In this document: in pieces, positions 17,821 to 29,187 of the stretch
How the letters are laid out: each line of letters starts with the position of its first letter
How positions within the stretch are numbered: position 1 is the first letter of the stretch
Origin: an uncultured delta proteobacterium
GTDB taxonomy: Bacteria; Desulfobacterota; Desulfomonilia; Desulfomonilales; Desulfomonilaceae
Length of the DNA stretch: 64,000 nucleotides
Direction of reading: 5' to 3'
Assembly: GCA_963789265.1 (NCBI GenBank)
Contig: CAWBKB010000008.1
Location: 1-64,000 of the forward strand
Position numbers and translations under genes: made by a program
Notes under the pieces: model-generated
Databases searched by the model: none
The model's input: only the letters and a program-made list of their open reading frames with translations
What the model was told of the DNA's origin: nothing

Positions 17821-17938
17821 CTATAAAAAATTGACAGGTATTTCAATACAGGGCAAGCTTCAATTTTTAGGATAACACTAACCAACAATTACTCCCTTCT
17901 AACCCTCTTCAAACTCCCTAGAAAATGGAGGCATTGAC

Positions 17939-20600
17939 ATGGAACGGTACAAGCTTTTTATAGACGGCGAGTTTGTCGAAGCTCAAAGCGGCGCCACGTA
18001 TGAATCCATCGATCCGGGAACCGAGATGCCCATCGCGGTGGTTTCGCAAGCAGGCCCTGCTGATGCAGAGAAGGCTATAGAGGCCGCGCGGCGGGCGTTT
18101 GACAGAGGAGATTGGAACGGTCTGACACCCGCGGCAAGGGCTGAAAAAATCTATAACTTTGCCGATCAGATCACTCAACTGTCCCTCCGCCTGGCAGTTA
18201 CTGAATCCATGGATGCCGGCCAGGTGATTGGTCTCACCAAGTATTGGGGGATGCTTGGTTCTCAGCTATTACGCAATCTGGCCTACTACGCGGCCACCAA
18301 GTTCCCCTGGGAAGAAGAGATTCCTTACGCTGGCAATGTCTTTGCCCCCGGCCGCGATTTCATCAGACGTGAACCGATGGGCGTATGCGTGGGGATCATC
18401 CCGTGGAACTTTCCATTGTCAATGGCCTGTTGGAAGATCGCCCAGGCTATTATCATGGGCAATACCATAGTGTTAAAGCCGGCCAGTTCAACGCCGCTGA
18501 GCGCGCTGATTGTAGGGGAGGCCGTCAAGGCGGCAGGCATTCCCAATGGAGTGGTCAACATACTGGCCTGTCCGGGAGAAGATCTGGGCGGAATCCTCTG
18601 CACGCATCCTGATGTTGACAAGATAGCCTTTACCGGCAGCACGGTGGTTGGCCGTGAGATTATGAAGATGGCGGCCGACACGGTGAAGAAGGTGACTCTT
18701 GAACTGGGAGGCAAGTCAGCCAATATCATCCTGGACGATGCCGACATGGATCTAGCAGTTACCGGTGCTGCATTTGGCACGTTTTTTCACCAGGGGCAGG
18801 TATGCGAATCTGGTACACGGGTTTTGGTTTCATCCAAAATCTACGATGAGTTTGTAGACAAAATGAAGAAGCGGACTGAAGGTCTCCGTATTGGATACCA
18901 GCTCAGTCCGACCACTCATCTCGGGCCGTTGGTCAACGAGATCCAATTAGCCACTGCCGAAAAGTACGTGAAGCTGGGCGAAGAAGAAGGGGCACAACTG
19001 GTCACAGGAGGCGAACGAGTGGAGGTTCCGGGAATCAAGGGTGGGTACTGATTATGCCCCCACGATCTTCACGAACGTGGACAACAAAATGCGGATCGCT
19101 CAGGAGGAGATCTTCGGTCCAGTGGTCTGTTTGGTCAGATTCGACAGCGACGAAGAAGCCGTGGCAATAGCCAACGACTCCATGTACGGGTTGGGTGGCG
19201 GTATTTTTTCAAGCAACACCGGTCGGGCCGAACGCATTGCCCGGCAGATCCACACGGGAACCGTGTGGATCAACAACTACCATGCCTTCGGTGATTTCTG
19301 CCCCTTTGGGGGGTATAAGCAGTCCGGCACTGGTCGAGAATTGGGCCACAGCGGCCTATCTGAGTATACGCAGATCAAGAGAATACACGTGAATTCCCAC
19401 GCTGGAGCGGACAGTAATTTCACTATGGCAATCCTCTCCGATCAAACCAAGATTGCCCTCTTGCAATATAATTGTCCCACCAACATCATAGCCGGGCATG
19501 GGACCCTGGCTTCAATCTATAAAGAGGTGGTCAACCTGGGATGCCGTAGGGCGTTGATACTGACTGACCCGGGAGTTAGAAAAGCCGGACTGACCCAACT
19601 GGTTCAGGATGCTCTGGTGGACTTCTGCGTAGGCGTATTTGACGACATCGCCCAGGATACCGACCTGGATACAGTTGATGCGGCCGTCGCGTTGGCCCGC
19701 GACCTGAAGGCCGATTGTATTGTCAGCGTTGGCGGAGGCAGTGTAATTGACACCGCGAAGGCGGTCTGCGTCACTTTGAAAAACGGTGGTAGGGCCAATG
19801 ATCATATCGCTCTTTACAGACTTCAAGAGCCCCAGACGCCGCACATCGTCATACCCACTACCTCCGGCACGGGAAGCGAAGTCACCAACGTAGCCGTCAT
19901 AAAAAGCAAAACTGCCGGACGCAAGCTATATATAGTCGATACACGAATCATGCCTAACACGGCCATTTTGGATCCGCGCTTCACCATGACTCTTCCCGCT
20001 TCATTAACGGTCACCACGGCCATGGATGCCATGACCCATGCCATCGAAGCGCTTACCAGCACCTTGGCAAACCACATCTGCGATGCCCATGCATTGCAGG
20101 CGATACGATTGATCAGGGAGAACCTGCCTCTTGTAGTTGCCGACGGCAAAAATGAACAAGCACGTCTGAATATGCAGCTTGCCGCCACAATGGCAGGATG
20201 GGCCTTTACGATCGCCCAGGTTGGACTGGTACATTCCATGGCGCATACGGTCGGCATACTGCACAACGTCCCTCACGGTGCAGCGTGCGGAATCATCCTT
20301 CCGCAGGTGATGCGTTTTAATGTGGATTATGCTGCCGATAAGCTTGCTTTGGCTGCACAGGCACTGGGTACCAACACAGCGAGCATGACTGAACGCGAAG
20401 CTGCTCTGGCAGCCGCGGATGCCGTAGAAACTCTCATGAAAAATGCCGGCCATCCGATGCGGCTACGTGAGGTTGGTGTCCCTGAAGAAGGCCTCCCCAT
20501 GGCCGCTTTTCACGCAATCGCCGACACGCCTGCTCTGTTCAATGCGAGGCCGGTCAACGACGCTATGGAGGTACTCGAACTGTACAAACAGGTCTATTAG
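17939..20600 (+). CDS. Aldehyde dehydrogenase - iron-containing alcohol dehydrogenase fusion (single +1 frameshift near 19050)
   Basis: ALDH motifs IIPWNFP, FTGST, LELGGKS, GQVC, EEIFGP, PFGGYKQSG continue in frame into Fe-ADH motifs GGGSVID, PTTSGTGSE, DAMTHAIE, HSMAH, HG. Confidence 0.9.
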
Positions 20601-20663
20601 AGACCTTGAAACCACCGGAAGAGCCGACAACGTCCTACGCATCAGGAAGGAGGATTACACGTC

Positions 20664-21902
20664 ATGGGAAAAGGGAACAGCATTGCGAAGATTTTAGTGA
20701 CCATGGTGTTGGCGATCACCATGCTTGGCATTAGCTCAGTGCTGCAAGCAGAGCAAACGAAACCCATCATCATCAAAGTGGGGTTACCAACAGCCTTGAG
20801 CGGCCCGGCGGCAGCGTGGGGCCAGGCTGGGAGTGAAGCCTATCGCACCTGGATCGAACTATTCAATAAGGAAGGCTTCAAAGTTGCAGGCAAGACCTAC
20901 AATTTCAAGTTGATTGAACTCGACGATCAGAATACCCCCCAGGGCGGGGCCGCAGCGGTCAAGAACCTCATATACAGGGACGGTTGCAAGTTCATCGCGG
21001 GCCACTGGACTTGGAACTTTCCTGCCATAGCAGCCGTGACCAACCCCGCTAAAGTGATTCTTTTGACCAGGAGCGGCAATGATGCCTTACCCGGTGGCGC
21101 ATACAATCCCAAAACAATGCCTTATGTTGTTTTTGCCAATCCATCTCAAGAACAGTTTACATCCGATGTGTTTGCGCTTATCAAAGCATTCCCCAAGTAT
21201 AAAAAAATCGGCCTGTTAGACTGTACTATCGGAAAGGGAATGGGTTGGCACATGGTAGCTAAGGCTCTTGATAAAGCGGGAGTCAGGTATCACAATGAAT
21301 GGTTCCCGTTTGGCACTACAAACTTCGCTCCGTACGTAACCCGGTTCGCAGAAGCCGGTTGCGATATAGTGTACGTCGCGGGGTGGGTCGGTGAAGCTAT
21401 GATGTTTGCAAAACAGCGCTGGGAGATGGGCCACAGGGAAATGAGAGTTGGTCATGCCGGTCCGTTCGTGAATTTAAAGATGTATGATGCAGTCAGTGGC
21501 CATGATGCGGCTCAGGGCTTCATAGGTCAGTATTGGGCTGACTGGGATTTAAAGGAGACCAAGGTAGACCCCAAGTACGTTGCCATGTGCAAAGAAGTGA
21601 TGAAGATTTTGTCGGAGAAGCATGGCAAACCATTTATGTACACAGGCTGGATCGGCTGGCTTCCATCTCACCTGTTGATACTGTCGCAAGCAATGCAAAA
21701 GGCAGGCACTGTGGACGACACCGATGCCATCATGAAGGCCATCCGCGGCGGTACGTTTTCCACGACAACAGGCACATATACAATGTCGGGTGCAAAGACT
21801 TATGGTTCACCCGTAGTTTTCGGGACACCTGGTGCGCTCTCCGAAATCAAAGGAGACAAGGAAGTGTATCTCAGTGAAAATACTTTGAAGCCTCTTCCGT
21901 AG
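20664..21902 (+). CDS. Liv-type (branched-chain amino acid family) ABC substrate-binding protein
   Basis: Signal peptide; 'KVGLPTALSGPAAAWG', 'LDDQNTP'; followed by permeases and ATPases. Confidence 0.85.
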   Translation: MGKGNSIAKILVTMVLAITMLGISSVLQAEQTKPIIIKVGLPTALSGPAAAWGQAGSEAYRTWIELFNKEGFKVAGKTYNFKLIELDDQNTPQGGAAAVKNLIYRDGCKFIAGHWTWNFPAIAAVTNPAKVILLTRSGNDALPGGAYNPKTMPYVVFANPSQEQFTSDVFALIKAFPKYKKIGLLDCTIGKGMGWHMVAKALDKAGVRYHNEWFPFGTTNFAPYVTRFAEAGCDIVYVAGWVGEAMMFAKQRWEMGHREMRVGHAGPFVNLKMYDAVSGHDAAQGFIGQYWADWDLKETKVDPKYVAMCKEVMKILSEKHGKPFMYTGWIGWLPSHLLILSQAMQKAGTVDDTDAIMKAIRGGTFSTTTGTYTMSGAKTYGSPVVFGTPGALSEIKGDKEVYLSENTLKPLP

Positions 21903-21935
21903 CAAAATACGAATGAGCGTGGGAGAAGTAGCGGT

Positions 21936-22800
21936 ATGCCCCCTGCCGGAATATGGATCGATGGACTGATACAAAGCTGTATCTACATGACAATGGCTTT
22001 TGGCATGGTGCTGGTATTCAGCATCCTCGGGATTTTGAACTGGGCGCACGGACAGTTTCTATATGCTGGGCGCTTTTGTGGTCTATTACGCCGTCACCGC
22101 AGCGGGCATACCATTCCCCCTGGGTATATTGATATCGGGGGCCGTTATAGGCGGATTGGGCATTCTGGTAGAGCAGTTCATCATCGAACGCGTCAACGTT
22201 CCAATCTATGGACCATTATCTGTAACCGTCGCAACCATGTCACTCACTTTTTTCTTCGAAGGTGCTGCCAGTATGCTCTTTGATCTTCAGGATAAGGGAC
22301 TGGCAGAGGTGCTCCCGGGAGAGATTAACTTTGGTTCGGTCAGTGTTAGCTATCAGAAAATTGCCGTAGTTATTTTCACCCTGGTCGTCATGAGTGCCAT
22401 GTATGTCGTGCTAAATCATACCAAAATGGGGTTGGCAATTAGAGCTGCGGCCCAGGAGCCGCGTGCGGCCAGCTTGTGCGGAATCAGTGTCCGCCGAATT
22501 TCATTGCTCGTCATGTGCATCGGTTGCGGACTGGCGGCCATGGCTGGCAGCATCATGGCGCCGGTTTATGTAGTCAACCCTTTCATAGGGCGGACTCCCA
22601 TGATCATGTCGCTGCTGGCCATTGTCATTGGAGGCCTGGGCAGCCTGACCGGAGCGATCGTGGGCGGCCTCATACTGGGTTTCGTCAACAGCGTCGTGGC
22701 ATATCGTTTATCTTACCTTTCCGAAGTCGTGCTCTTTCTTCTGGTAATCATCATCCTGCTTTTCAGGCCGCAGGGACTATTTGGGGAACCCCAAAAATGA
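21936..22800 (+). CDS. livH: Liv-type ABC permease (LivH-like; +1 frameshift at TTT 22056-22058)
   Basis: 'GMVLVFSILGILNWAHGQF' joined to 'YMLGAF...GLAIRAAAQE...FRPQGLFG'. Confidence 0.85.
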
Positions 22801-22824
22801 TGAACAATACGGATCACAGAAACC

Positions 22825-23817
22825 GTGGCGCCGCGAATCGCGGCCGGGGTTCTGATTGCGCTAATCCTCGCTTTCCCCATTCTAACCACTAATTTGGCAA
22901 TCCTGTCCATGCTTATAATGAGTGGCATTTGGGCAATTGCAGCCATGGGTTTTACACTGATATTGAGGACAGGCCAATTCAGCCTGGGGCAGGCGGCATT
23001 CATGGCTATCGGCGGTTACACCTCCGCTATACTCACCGTAAGGCTTGGTATTCCGTTCTGGCCCAGTTTCTTTCTTGCAGGGGTCGTTGCAGGCGTTGTG
23101 GCCCTAGTCATCGGCTCGGTTGTGCTGAGGGTCGGAGGCACTTATTTCTCAATTATTACGCTTGCCTTTGGAGAGATCGTGAGAATTATCGCCCAGGAGT
23201 GGGAGCCTGTCACAAAGGGCTCAAGAGGGCTGGTAACACCGCCGCCGGACCCTATCGTCTTGGGGCATTTCGCTATAAACTTTGCTACCAGCGCGGTACC
23301 GTACTATTACTTCATGATCGTTCTTGTGGCTGTGACAGCCTTGGTCTTCCGGCAGATAGACCGCAGTCGCCTGGGAGGAATATTCTTCAGTATAGCTGCC
23401 AATCCGGTACTTGCCGAACATCAAGGCATTCACCTTATGAAGTACCGAGTGATTGCGTTCACCGTGGCAGGAGTGTTTACCGGGTTTGCCGGATCGTATT
23501 ACGCTCATTTCCTGTCTACAATGACGCCGTTAATGCTCGGATTGTGGGAATCCATACAGATAATGATGATGAGCATCGTGGGCGGCGTCAGCTCCATGGT
23601 AGGGGGGCCGCTTATCGGCGCCTTTGTACTGTATATTTTAGGAGCCTATCTGTCGCGTCTTCCCATCTACGGCATTCAGCAACTGCTGTTCGGCGCTGCC
23701 GTAGTGTTGGTGCTGCTTTTCCTCCCCAAGGGGACCGGACTTATTGACCTATGGGCTGAGTTCCGGCGCAAGATCTTTCGAGAAAGCAATTACTATGAAG
23801 GGCCTCCTGCCGGCTAG
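22825..23817 (+). CDS. livM: Liv-type ABC permease (LivM-like)
   Basis: 'TGQFSLGQAAFMAIGGY', 'YFSIITLAFGEI'. The true start may be ATG 22797 if there is a further +1 error at 22820-22822. Confidence 0.85.
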   Translation: MAPRIAAGVLIALILAFPILTTNLAILSMLIMSGIWAIAAMGFTLILRTGQFSLGQAAFMAIGGYTSAILTVRLGIPFWPSFFLAGVVAGVVALVIGSVVLRVGGTYFSIITLAFGEIVRIIAQEWEPVTKGSRGLVTPPPDPIVLGHFAINFATSAVPYYYFMIVLVAVTALVFRQIDRSRLGGIFFSIAANPVLAEHQGIHLMKYRVIAFTVAGVFTGFAGSYYAHFLSTMTPLMLGLWESIQIMMMSIVGGVSSMVGGPLIGAFVLYILGAYLSRLPIYGIQQLLFGAAVVLVLLFLPKGTGLIDLWAEFRRKIFRESNYYEGPPAG

Positions 23818-23829
23818 GATAGGAATTAG

Positions 23830-24594
23830 ATGCAGCTATTAGAATTAAAGAATGTAACGAAAATGTTCGGCAGGCTGGCGGCTGTCTCGAATGTCGACCT
23901 TGGAGTGGAAGCAGGTGAAGTGCTCGGCATTGTGGGCCCTAATGGCTCAGGCAAGTCCACATTGATTAATGTCATCACAGGCTACTACCAACCTACCAGC
24001 GGAACTATATTGTTCAAGGATGAGGAAATGTCCGGGCTGCGCCCCGATCAAATAGCTGCAAGAGGTATAGCCAGGACGTTCCAGTCAAACGTGCTCTACG
24101 AGGGGGCTACCATACTGGAAAGCGTGATGGTAAGCTCGCACTTGCAGTACAAGACGAATAGCTGGCACGCCTTTTTTGAAACCAAATCTTATAAAAGGGA
24201 GTTTGAAAAGACTGCCGGCAGAGCGTTGGCGTTATTGAAGATGCTCGGCCTATCTAATGACGCTTCAAGGCCGGCTGCGGGACTTCCCCACGGTTATCAA
24301 AGAATGTTGGGGGTAGCCATAGCGCTGGCGGCAAATCCCAAGGTGCTGTTTCTCGATGAGCCTACTACCGGCATGAACCACGAAGAGGCCATGTTCGTAG
24401 TTAAGAACATCAAGAAGATCAACGAGCAGGGCATCACTGTCGTATTAATAGAGCACAACATGAAGGTGCTTTTGAATTTGGCTACCAGAGTGGTCGTTCT
24501 CAGCTTCGGATGCAAGATCGCCGAAGGCAAACCGCAAGAAGTGATGAATAAACAAGAGGTGATTGACGTCTATCTAGGTACGGAGACAGTATAA
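23830..24594 (+). CDS. livG: Liv-type ABC ATPase (LivG-like)
   Basis: GPNGSGKS, ARTFQ, LDEPTTG. Confidence 0.9.
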   Translation: MQLLELKNVTKMFGRLAAVSNVDLGVEAGEVLGIVGPNGSGKSTLINVITGYYQPTSGTILFKDEEMSGLRPDQIAARGIARTFQSNVLYEGATILESVMVSSHLQYKTNSWHAFFETKSYKREFEKTAGRALALLKMLGLSNDASRPAAGLPHGYQRMLGVAIALAANPKVLFLDEPTTGMNHEEAMFVVKNIKKINEQGITVVLIEHNMKVLLNLATRVVVLSFGCKIAEGKPQEVMNKQEVIDVYLGTETV

Positions 24595-24597
24595 AGC

Positions 24598-25302
24598 ATG
24601 CTGGAACTGAAGAATATCTGGGTCTATTACGACAAGAATGCCACGGTTAGAAATTTGTCCATGTCGGTTGAAAAAGGCGACTTTGTCACCATTCTTGGCG
24701 CAAATGGGGCCGGCAAGTCGTCAACAATTAATGCCATCAGCGGAATTGTAAAGGTGAAAAAAGGTGACATTCATTTCAAAGGGGAAAGAATAAACGGCCT
24801 CGCTCCTGCCAAGATAGCATCCCTGGGCATTATTCAGGTCCCTGAAGGCAGAAGGCTGTTCCCGCTTCTGACAGTCAAGGAAAACTTACGGTTGGGGGCC
24901 TATCTGCAAAACGACAAGATCCAGGTGCAGAGGTCACTGGAGAAGGCACTGGACCTTTTCCCCGAACTAAAAAACCGGCTTAATGCTAAAGCTCGGGAGC
25001 TGAGCGGCGGGCAGCAGCAGATGGTGGCTATAGCGCGAGGGGTGATGGCTCAGCCGGAGTTGCTCTTGTTTGACGAACCTTCGCTTGGGCTCAGTCCTTT
25101 AATGCGCCAGAATTTGGCTGAGAAAATGAAAGAGATCAGCCGTCGGGGAACGACAGTGGTGCTGGTGGAACAGAACGCGCGGCTCGGACTGATGCTCGCA
25201 TCATACGGCTATGTCCTGGAAAACGGTGAGATGTCGCTAAAGGGCAAGACATCCGACCTGTTTAACAACGAAGATGTCAAAAGAGCATACCTTGGAGTTT
25301 AG
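24598..25302 (+). CDS. livF: Liv-type ABC ATPase (LivF-like)
   Basis: GANGAGKS, VPEGRRLF, LSGGQQQM, DEPSLGL. Confidence 0.9.
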   Translation: MLELKNIWVYYDKNATVRNLSMSVEKGDFVTILGANGAGKSSTINAISGIVKVKKGDIHFKGERINGLAPAKIASLGIIQVPEGRRLFPLLTVKENLRLGAYLQNDKIQVQRSLEKALDLFPELKNRLNAKARELSGGQQQMVAIARGVMAQPELLLFDEPSLGLSPLMRQNLAEKMKEISRRGTTVVLVEQNARLGLMLASYGYVLENGEMSLKGKTSDLFNNEDVKRAYLGV

Positions 25303-25739
25303 CCCAGATTCCGCTCTCGAAATTGAAACTACCCGGTTGATGGATAGGCCTGTCCTTCAGCCACTAATCTGAGCTTCGACGTACCCAGGACCGACGAGCG
25401 CACAATCTCGATGCATCCCCCCTTTCAAATCACAGCCTTCATTGAGACTTGACGGCTACTTTTCAATTTGTATAACGGTAGCTCGATTCCCGCAAAGGCG
25501 CTCTACTTCATCTTTGTGACTGTCCAGCGTGCAGGCAACCTGATACAAGGCCAAAAGTTGTTTCAAAATTTTGTTCGCGACAAGTCTGTGCCCGCGCAAA
25601 AATCAGGTGGCGAATTGTGGCTAAGAAAATCCTTGACAGCGGATAAATATGCAGCTATCAGGATATTGCACTATATGGATAGCCATATATACCAAATTGC
25701 CCGGAACAAACAACCGGATATTTATCCAAGGAGGTAGCT

Positions 25740-26132
25740 TTGAAGAAAATCACATTGATCATGGCGATCGCTGTCTTGCTTTGCGGAATTTCGCCCGCGT
25801 TTGCGGGCGACAAGCTCGACAAAATCATGAGCCTACCGGGAGCGGTGGCGGTAGGACAATTTACCCCGGAAGGGAAACTCGTTCGATACAAGGGAAAGTT
25901 GACCAAGGAAGCGGCGGAGATGGCTGCCAAGATGTGCGGCGTCACTGCGGCAATGTTTGGTAAACAAACGGTAGATTTTTCTAAGAAAACCGGCATGAAG
26001 TGGACGCCTTTCAAAGGGTTCGCCGTGTCCGCGGGAGACTATTCGGTATGTGCAGTGGGCAATACCGGAGTGTTCGTTGAGACGAAAAAGGCTGATTTCA
26101 ATAAGATCTTTCAAGCTCTCGCCACTAAATAA
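25740..26132 (+). CDS. DUF2173-like protein with N-terminal signal peptide
   Basis: RBS AGGAGG plus TTG; 'LDKIMSLPGAVAVGQF..G.L..YKG...AEMAAKMC...TGMKWTP..GFAV..GDYSVC...GVFVE..KADFN'. Confidence 0.75.
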   Translation: MKKITLIMAIAVLLCGISPAFAGDKLDKIMSLPGAVAVGQFTPEGKLVRYKGKLTKEAAEMAAKMCGVTAAMFGKQTVDFSKKTGMKWTPFKGFAVSAGDYSVCAVGNTGVFVETKKADFNKIFQALATK

Positions 26133-26427
26133 AACAATATTTCCGCAAGCAGGGTGTCGAGGGGTCGAGGAGAGGCTTGTTTAACCCAACCCCTCAAACC
26201 GGTCGGCTCTCAAATAAGTAAGAATCGGCAAAGAGCAAACGGCACTGACCTGAGCGCCGTGATGGTACGCAGGTCAGTGGCACCCCACCTCCAGTCAAGA
26301 TCGGGTCCTGGGTGCCATCCAGCGTCCCGCGGGAAGCTTTGTCAGATTCGTGCCGTATTTATCGTCTGATCGAGACCCGATCTCACTTGCTTGAAAGGTA
26401 CTCGGTCGGAGAAAAATTGCTCACGAT

Positions 26428-27144
26428 TTAAGCGCGGGAACGCTTCTCGGAAAGCTCTTCTATCAGCTCTGTTTGAATCTTCTGGATTTCCAAAAGCCGT
26501 TGCCATTGATTCATTGAGAGATGGTCGAGCTTTTCGTGCAAGTGCCGGATTTCAAGCTCGGCCTTAAGATTCACCTTGTAGTCGTACTCCGCCCGCAAAC
26601 GATCCTTCTCCTCCTGTCTGTTTTGGCTCATCATGATTACCGGTGCCTGGATAGCAGCAAGACAGGAAAGAATCAGGTTGAGGAAGATGTAAGGGTAGGG
26701 GTCAAAAGGCTTTTCGAGAAACAGAGCCGTATTTACCGAGATCCACAAAACTAGTACCGCTCCGAATATCCCAATAAATCGCCAACTGCCGCCGAAATCC
26801 GCGATCTTATCTGCGAGTTTTTGCCCCATAGAAAGCTGCTGGTCGTACTCAATGTTCAGATTTTTAGTCAGAAGCTCCTGTTCTCTAAGACTTTCTACAA
26901 CCTGCGCTTCCAGTTCGGTGAGTTCGCCTTTGTCTTGCTTGATGGCCTCCTCAACATATTCGTCCCTGAAGCGATTAAGATCCGCGAGACAGATATAGCC
27001 GTTCGGTGACCAATTAGGGTATGCTGCTTTGATTTTTTCCGTAATAGACCCTCGTACAACCTCTGCCGGTATCACCTCACTGGCTTTTTTGGGCAGTTTG
27101 CAAATCTGACACGTCTTACCTTGATGATTCTTCGTTGCCGTCAC
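26428..27144 (-). CDS. DUF1003-family membrane protein
   Basis: 'FGGSWRFI', 'FDPYPYIFLNLILSCLAAIQAPVIMMSQNRQ', 'NLKAELEI'. Confidence 0.9.
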   Translation of the reverse strand: MTATKNHQGKTCQICKLPKKASEVIPAEVVRGSITEKIKAAYPNWSPNGYICLADLNRFRDEYVEEAIKQDKGELTELEAQVVESLREQELLTKNLNIEYDQQLSMGQKLADKIADFGGSWRFIGIFGAVLVLWISVNTALFLEKPFDPYPYIFLNLILSCLAAIQAPVIMMSQNRQEEKDRLRAEYDYKVNLKAELEIRHLHEKLDHLSMNQWQRLLEIQKIQTELIEELSEKRSRA

Positions 27145-27628
27145 TGTGCCATCACCTCCTGTTGTTTGTCATCGAAACCGGGGATCACGCAGTCCCCTAT
27201 CCAGCGGTCCTCACTGCTTGAGCGGAGTAAATGCCCCGTTGAGGTTACTCGCCGGAAATCAATAGGATTCGTTTTGCATCAGCGATCCCCCCGGCAATGT
27301 GTTTTCTGGCAAATATCATGGAAATTTTCCCGACTTGTAGCTCGGGATGGACCGAATCATCAGGATATCAGAACTGTAACTCTAAAGGAAACGGTGTAGG
27401 GATCTTCTTCAAAAGGGGTTCATAATGATCAGGCCAGGGCACTAGGGCCTAGGGCTATGCGAGATTTTTTGGAGCCAAGGGAACACTGCAGAACCGGCAG
27501 CAAACGACGTGCTCACGCGTATGGTGGAGTGGCCGCTTATGTGGCGCCTGCCCGGGCGCCTGCTATCCACCGACAGCATCATCAGACCGTGACTAATTAC
27601 TGCATTACGGAAATACTGCCGCGTATTT

Positions 27629-27699
<71 letters not shown>

Positions 27700-27775
27700 G
27701 ACCAAAGGCCATTACCCTCACATGCGCTGTTATTTCGTGTAACCGTGTTCAGGAGATAGAGCACTGAGCTGATTA

Positions 27776-28801
27776 TCAACAGATGGAGAAGTATGCTCTC
27801 GGCTCGTGATGCCCAAGGACGCCGGAAGGCTCTTCGGGCAAGTGATGGCTTAAACGGGGGCGTATTACAATGTCCGAAGTTAAGTGGGCCAGTTCTAGTC
27901 GCCGGCCCGAATCTCGACAAGCTACTTTCGGGCCAAGTTTGTTCCGAGGTTTGGAGAAGAACAGAGCACGATGTGCGAAAGGGCTGAGCAAATGTGCGAC
28001 GAAAGGTGTTAGCTTTGCCAGCCCCAAGCCTAAAAGAACTTTGTAAATAAGGCCGGTTTTCCCGCCATGATGTTTCCAAAAGTAATCTTCGACAAAGTCC
28101 GTGTCTTCAAAATAATTGCCGACAAGTTGCACCAGGTGCTTCTTAGTCAAGTACTTTGTCTCCCTCGTAAGGAACTCATGATTTCTCTGTGCAACTTCCC
28201 TGGCTGTCAAACCCTTCTGAGATCTGGTTCTCAGTCCCATCAAGGCCCAAAAGTACAGGTAACCGTATCTCTGGAATAGAGTCCCGAGAGGAACATGCAC
28301 ATGCGCTTCAAGGAAGCGATAACATGCGGGGAAAAAATGCAGACTCCGTCCGCAAGGCTTTAACACTCGCCGTATCTCTGAAAGTGCCCGGTCGTGGTCC
28401 TGCACGTGTTCCATGACATCCCAGGATACGACATAGTCAAAGTAATCATCTTCAAACGGCATTTTGTAGTCTTCGATCTGGATTGTAGTTAACGGCCTCT
28501 CTCCAAGCCCGCATAATTGTTCCTGCTCCATGATCTGTTCGACTTCCGCGGAAGGCGAAACAATATCAGTCCCGAATGCCCTGTACCCAAGCTTGCGAAA
28601 TGCGTAAACCATTCTGCCTGCGCCGGAGCCGAAGTCAAGGATGTTGTCGTCCTTTTTCACCTCGTGGCCCAGGTCTGCGAAAACGTGAAGCAAAACCTCC
28701 ACATTGGAGAAAGCCTGTGCATATTCCACATCCGCTGCATTGTCCGGAATATGTACACCGGCATACAATTTCCGAAATTCGTGCTGCACCGTTGCCTTCA
28801 T
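27776..28801 (-). CDS. Class I SAM-dependent methyltransferase
   Basis: ILDFGSGAG, 'MPFEDDYFDYVVSWDVMEHV', 'LSEIRRVLKP'. The C-terminal ~55 aa may be read-through. Confidence 0.85.
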   Translation of the reverse strand: MKATVQHEFRKLYAGVHIPDNAADVEYAQAFSNVEVLLHVFADLGHEVKKDDNILDFGSGAGRMVYAFRKLGYRAFGTDIVSPSAEVEQIMEQEQLCGLGERPLTTIQIEDYKMPFEDDYFDYVVSWDVMEHVQDHDRALSEIRRVLKPCGRSLHFFPACYRFLEAHVHVPLGTLFQRYGYLYFWALMGLRTRSQKGLTAREVAQRNHEFLTRETKYLTKKHLVQLVGNYFEDTDFVEDYFWKHHGGKTGLIYKVLLGLGLAKLTPFVAHLLSPFAHRALFFSKPRNKLGPKVACRDSGRRLELAHLTSDIVIRPRLSHHLPEEPSGVLGHHEPRAYFSIC

Positions 28802-29187
28802 GGATTCGCTCCTTAAGCCTTACTGCCGGCGAAGTCGATTCGACAACTGGAATCCCGTTCCGTCCCGAGGGAAGAGGGTTAACGATTCTGAAACGAGGTG
28901 CTGAAAGGTAAGCCGGTCACATACCGCTGATTGGAATCACCGCTGTCTTACCCCTCTTGCGTCACTGCTCTTCCAGACGGATCATGAAGCCGGGACATGA
29001 TCCTCTGTCGAGATCTCAGGATTTTCCGTCACTTAATTTCCGACAAATTTACTAGCAAACCTTATGCCAGTGCAAACGAAAAATTGCATACCGGCCGGTT
29101 TTCTTCTCGTGCAGCGACGTGGGCATCTCACAGAGAGCATGACCGGCAGGGACGCCGGTCCTACGGGGATGGTAGGACCGGCGTCCC

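Noticed and set aside
19041..19052. Selenocysteine TGA or programmed frameshift in the ALDH
   Set aside because: The downstream sequence is in a different frame, so read-through would not help; there is no slippery site, and it fits the window-wide +1 error pattern.
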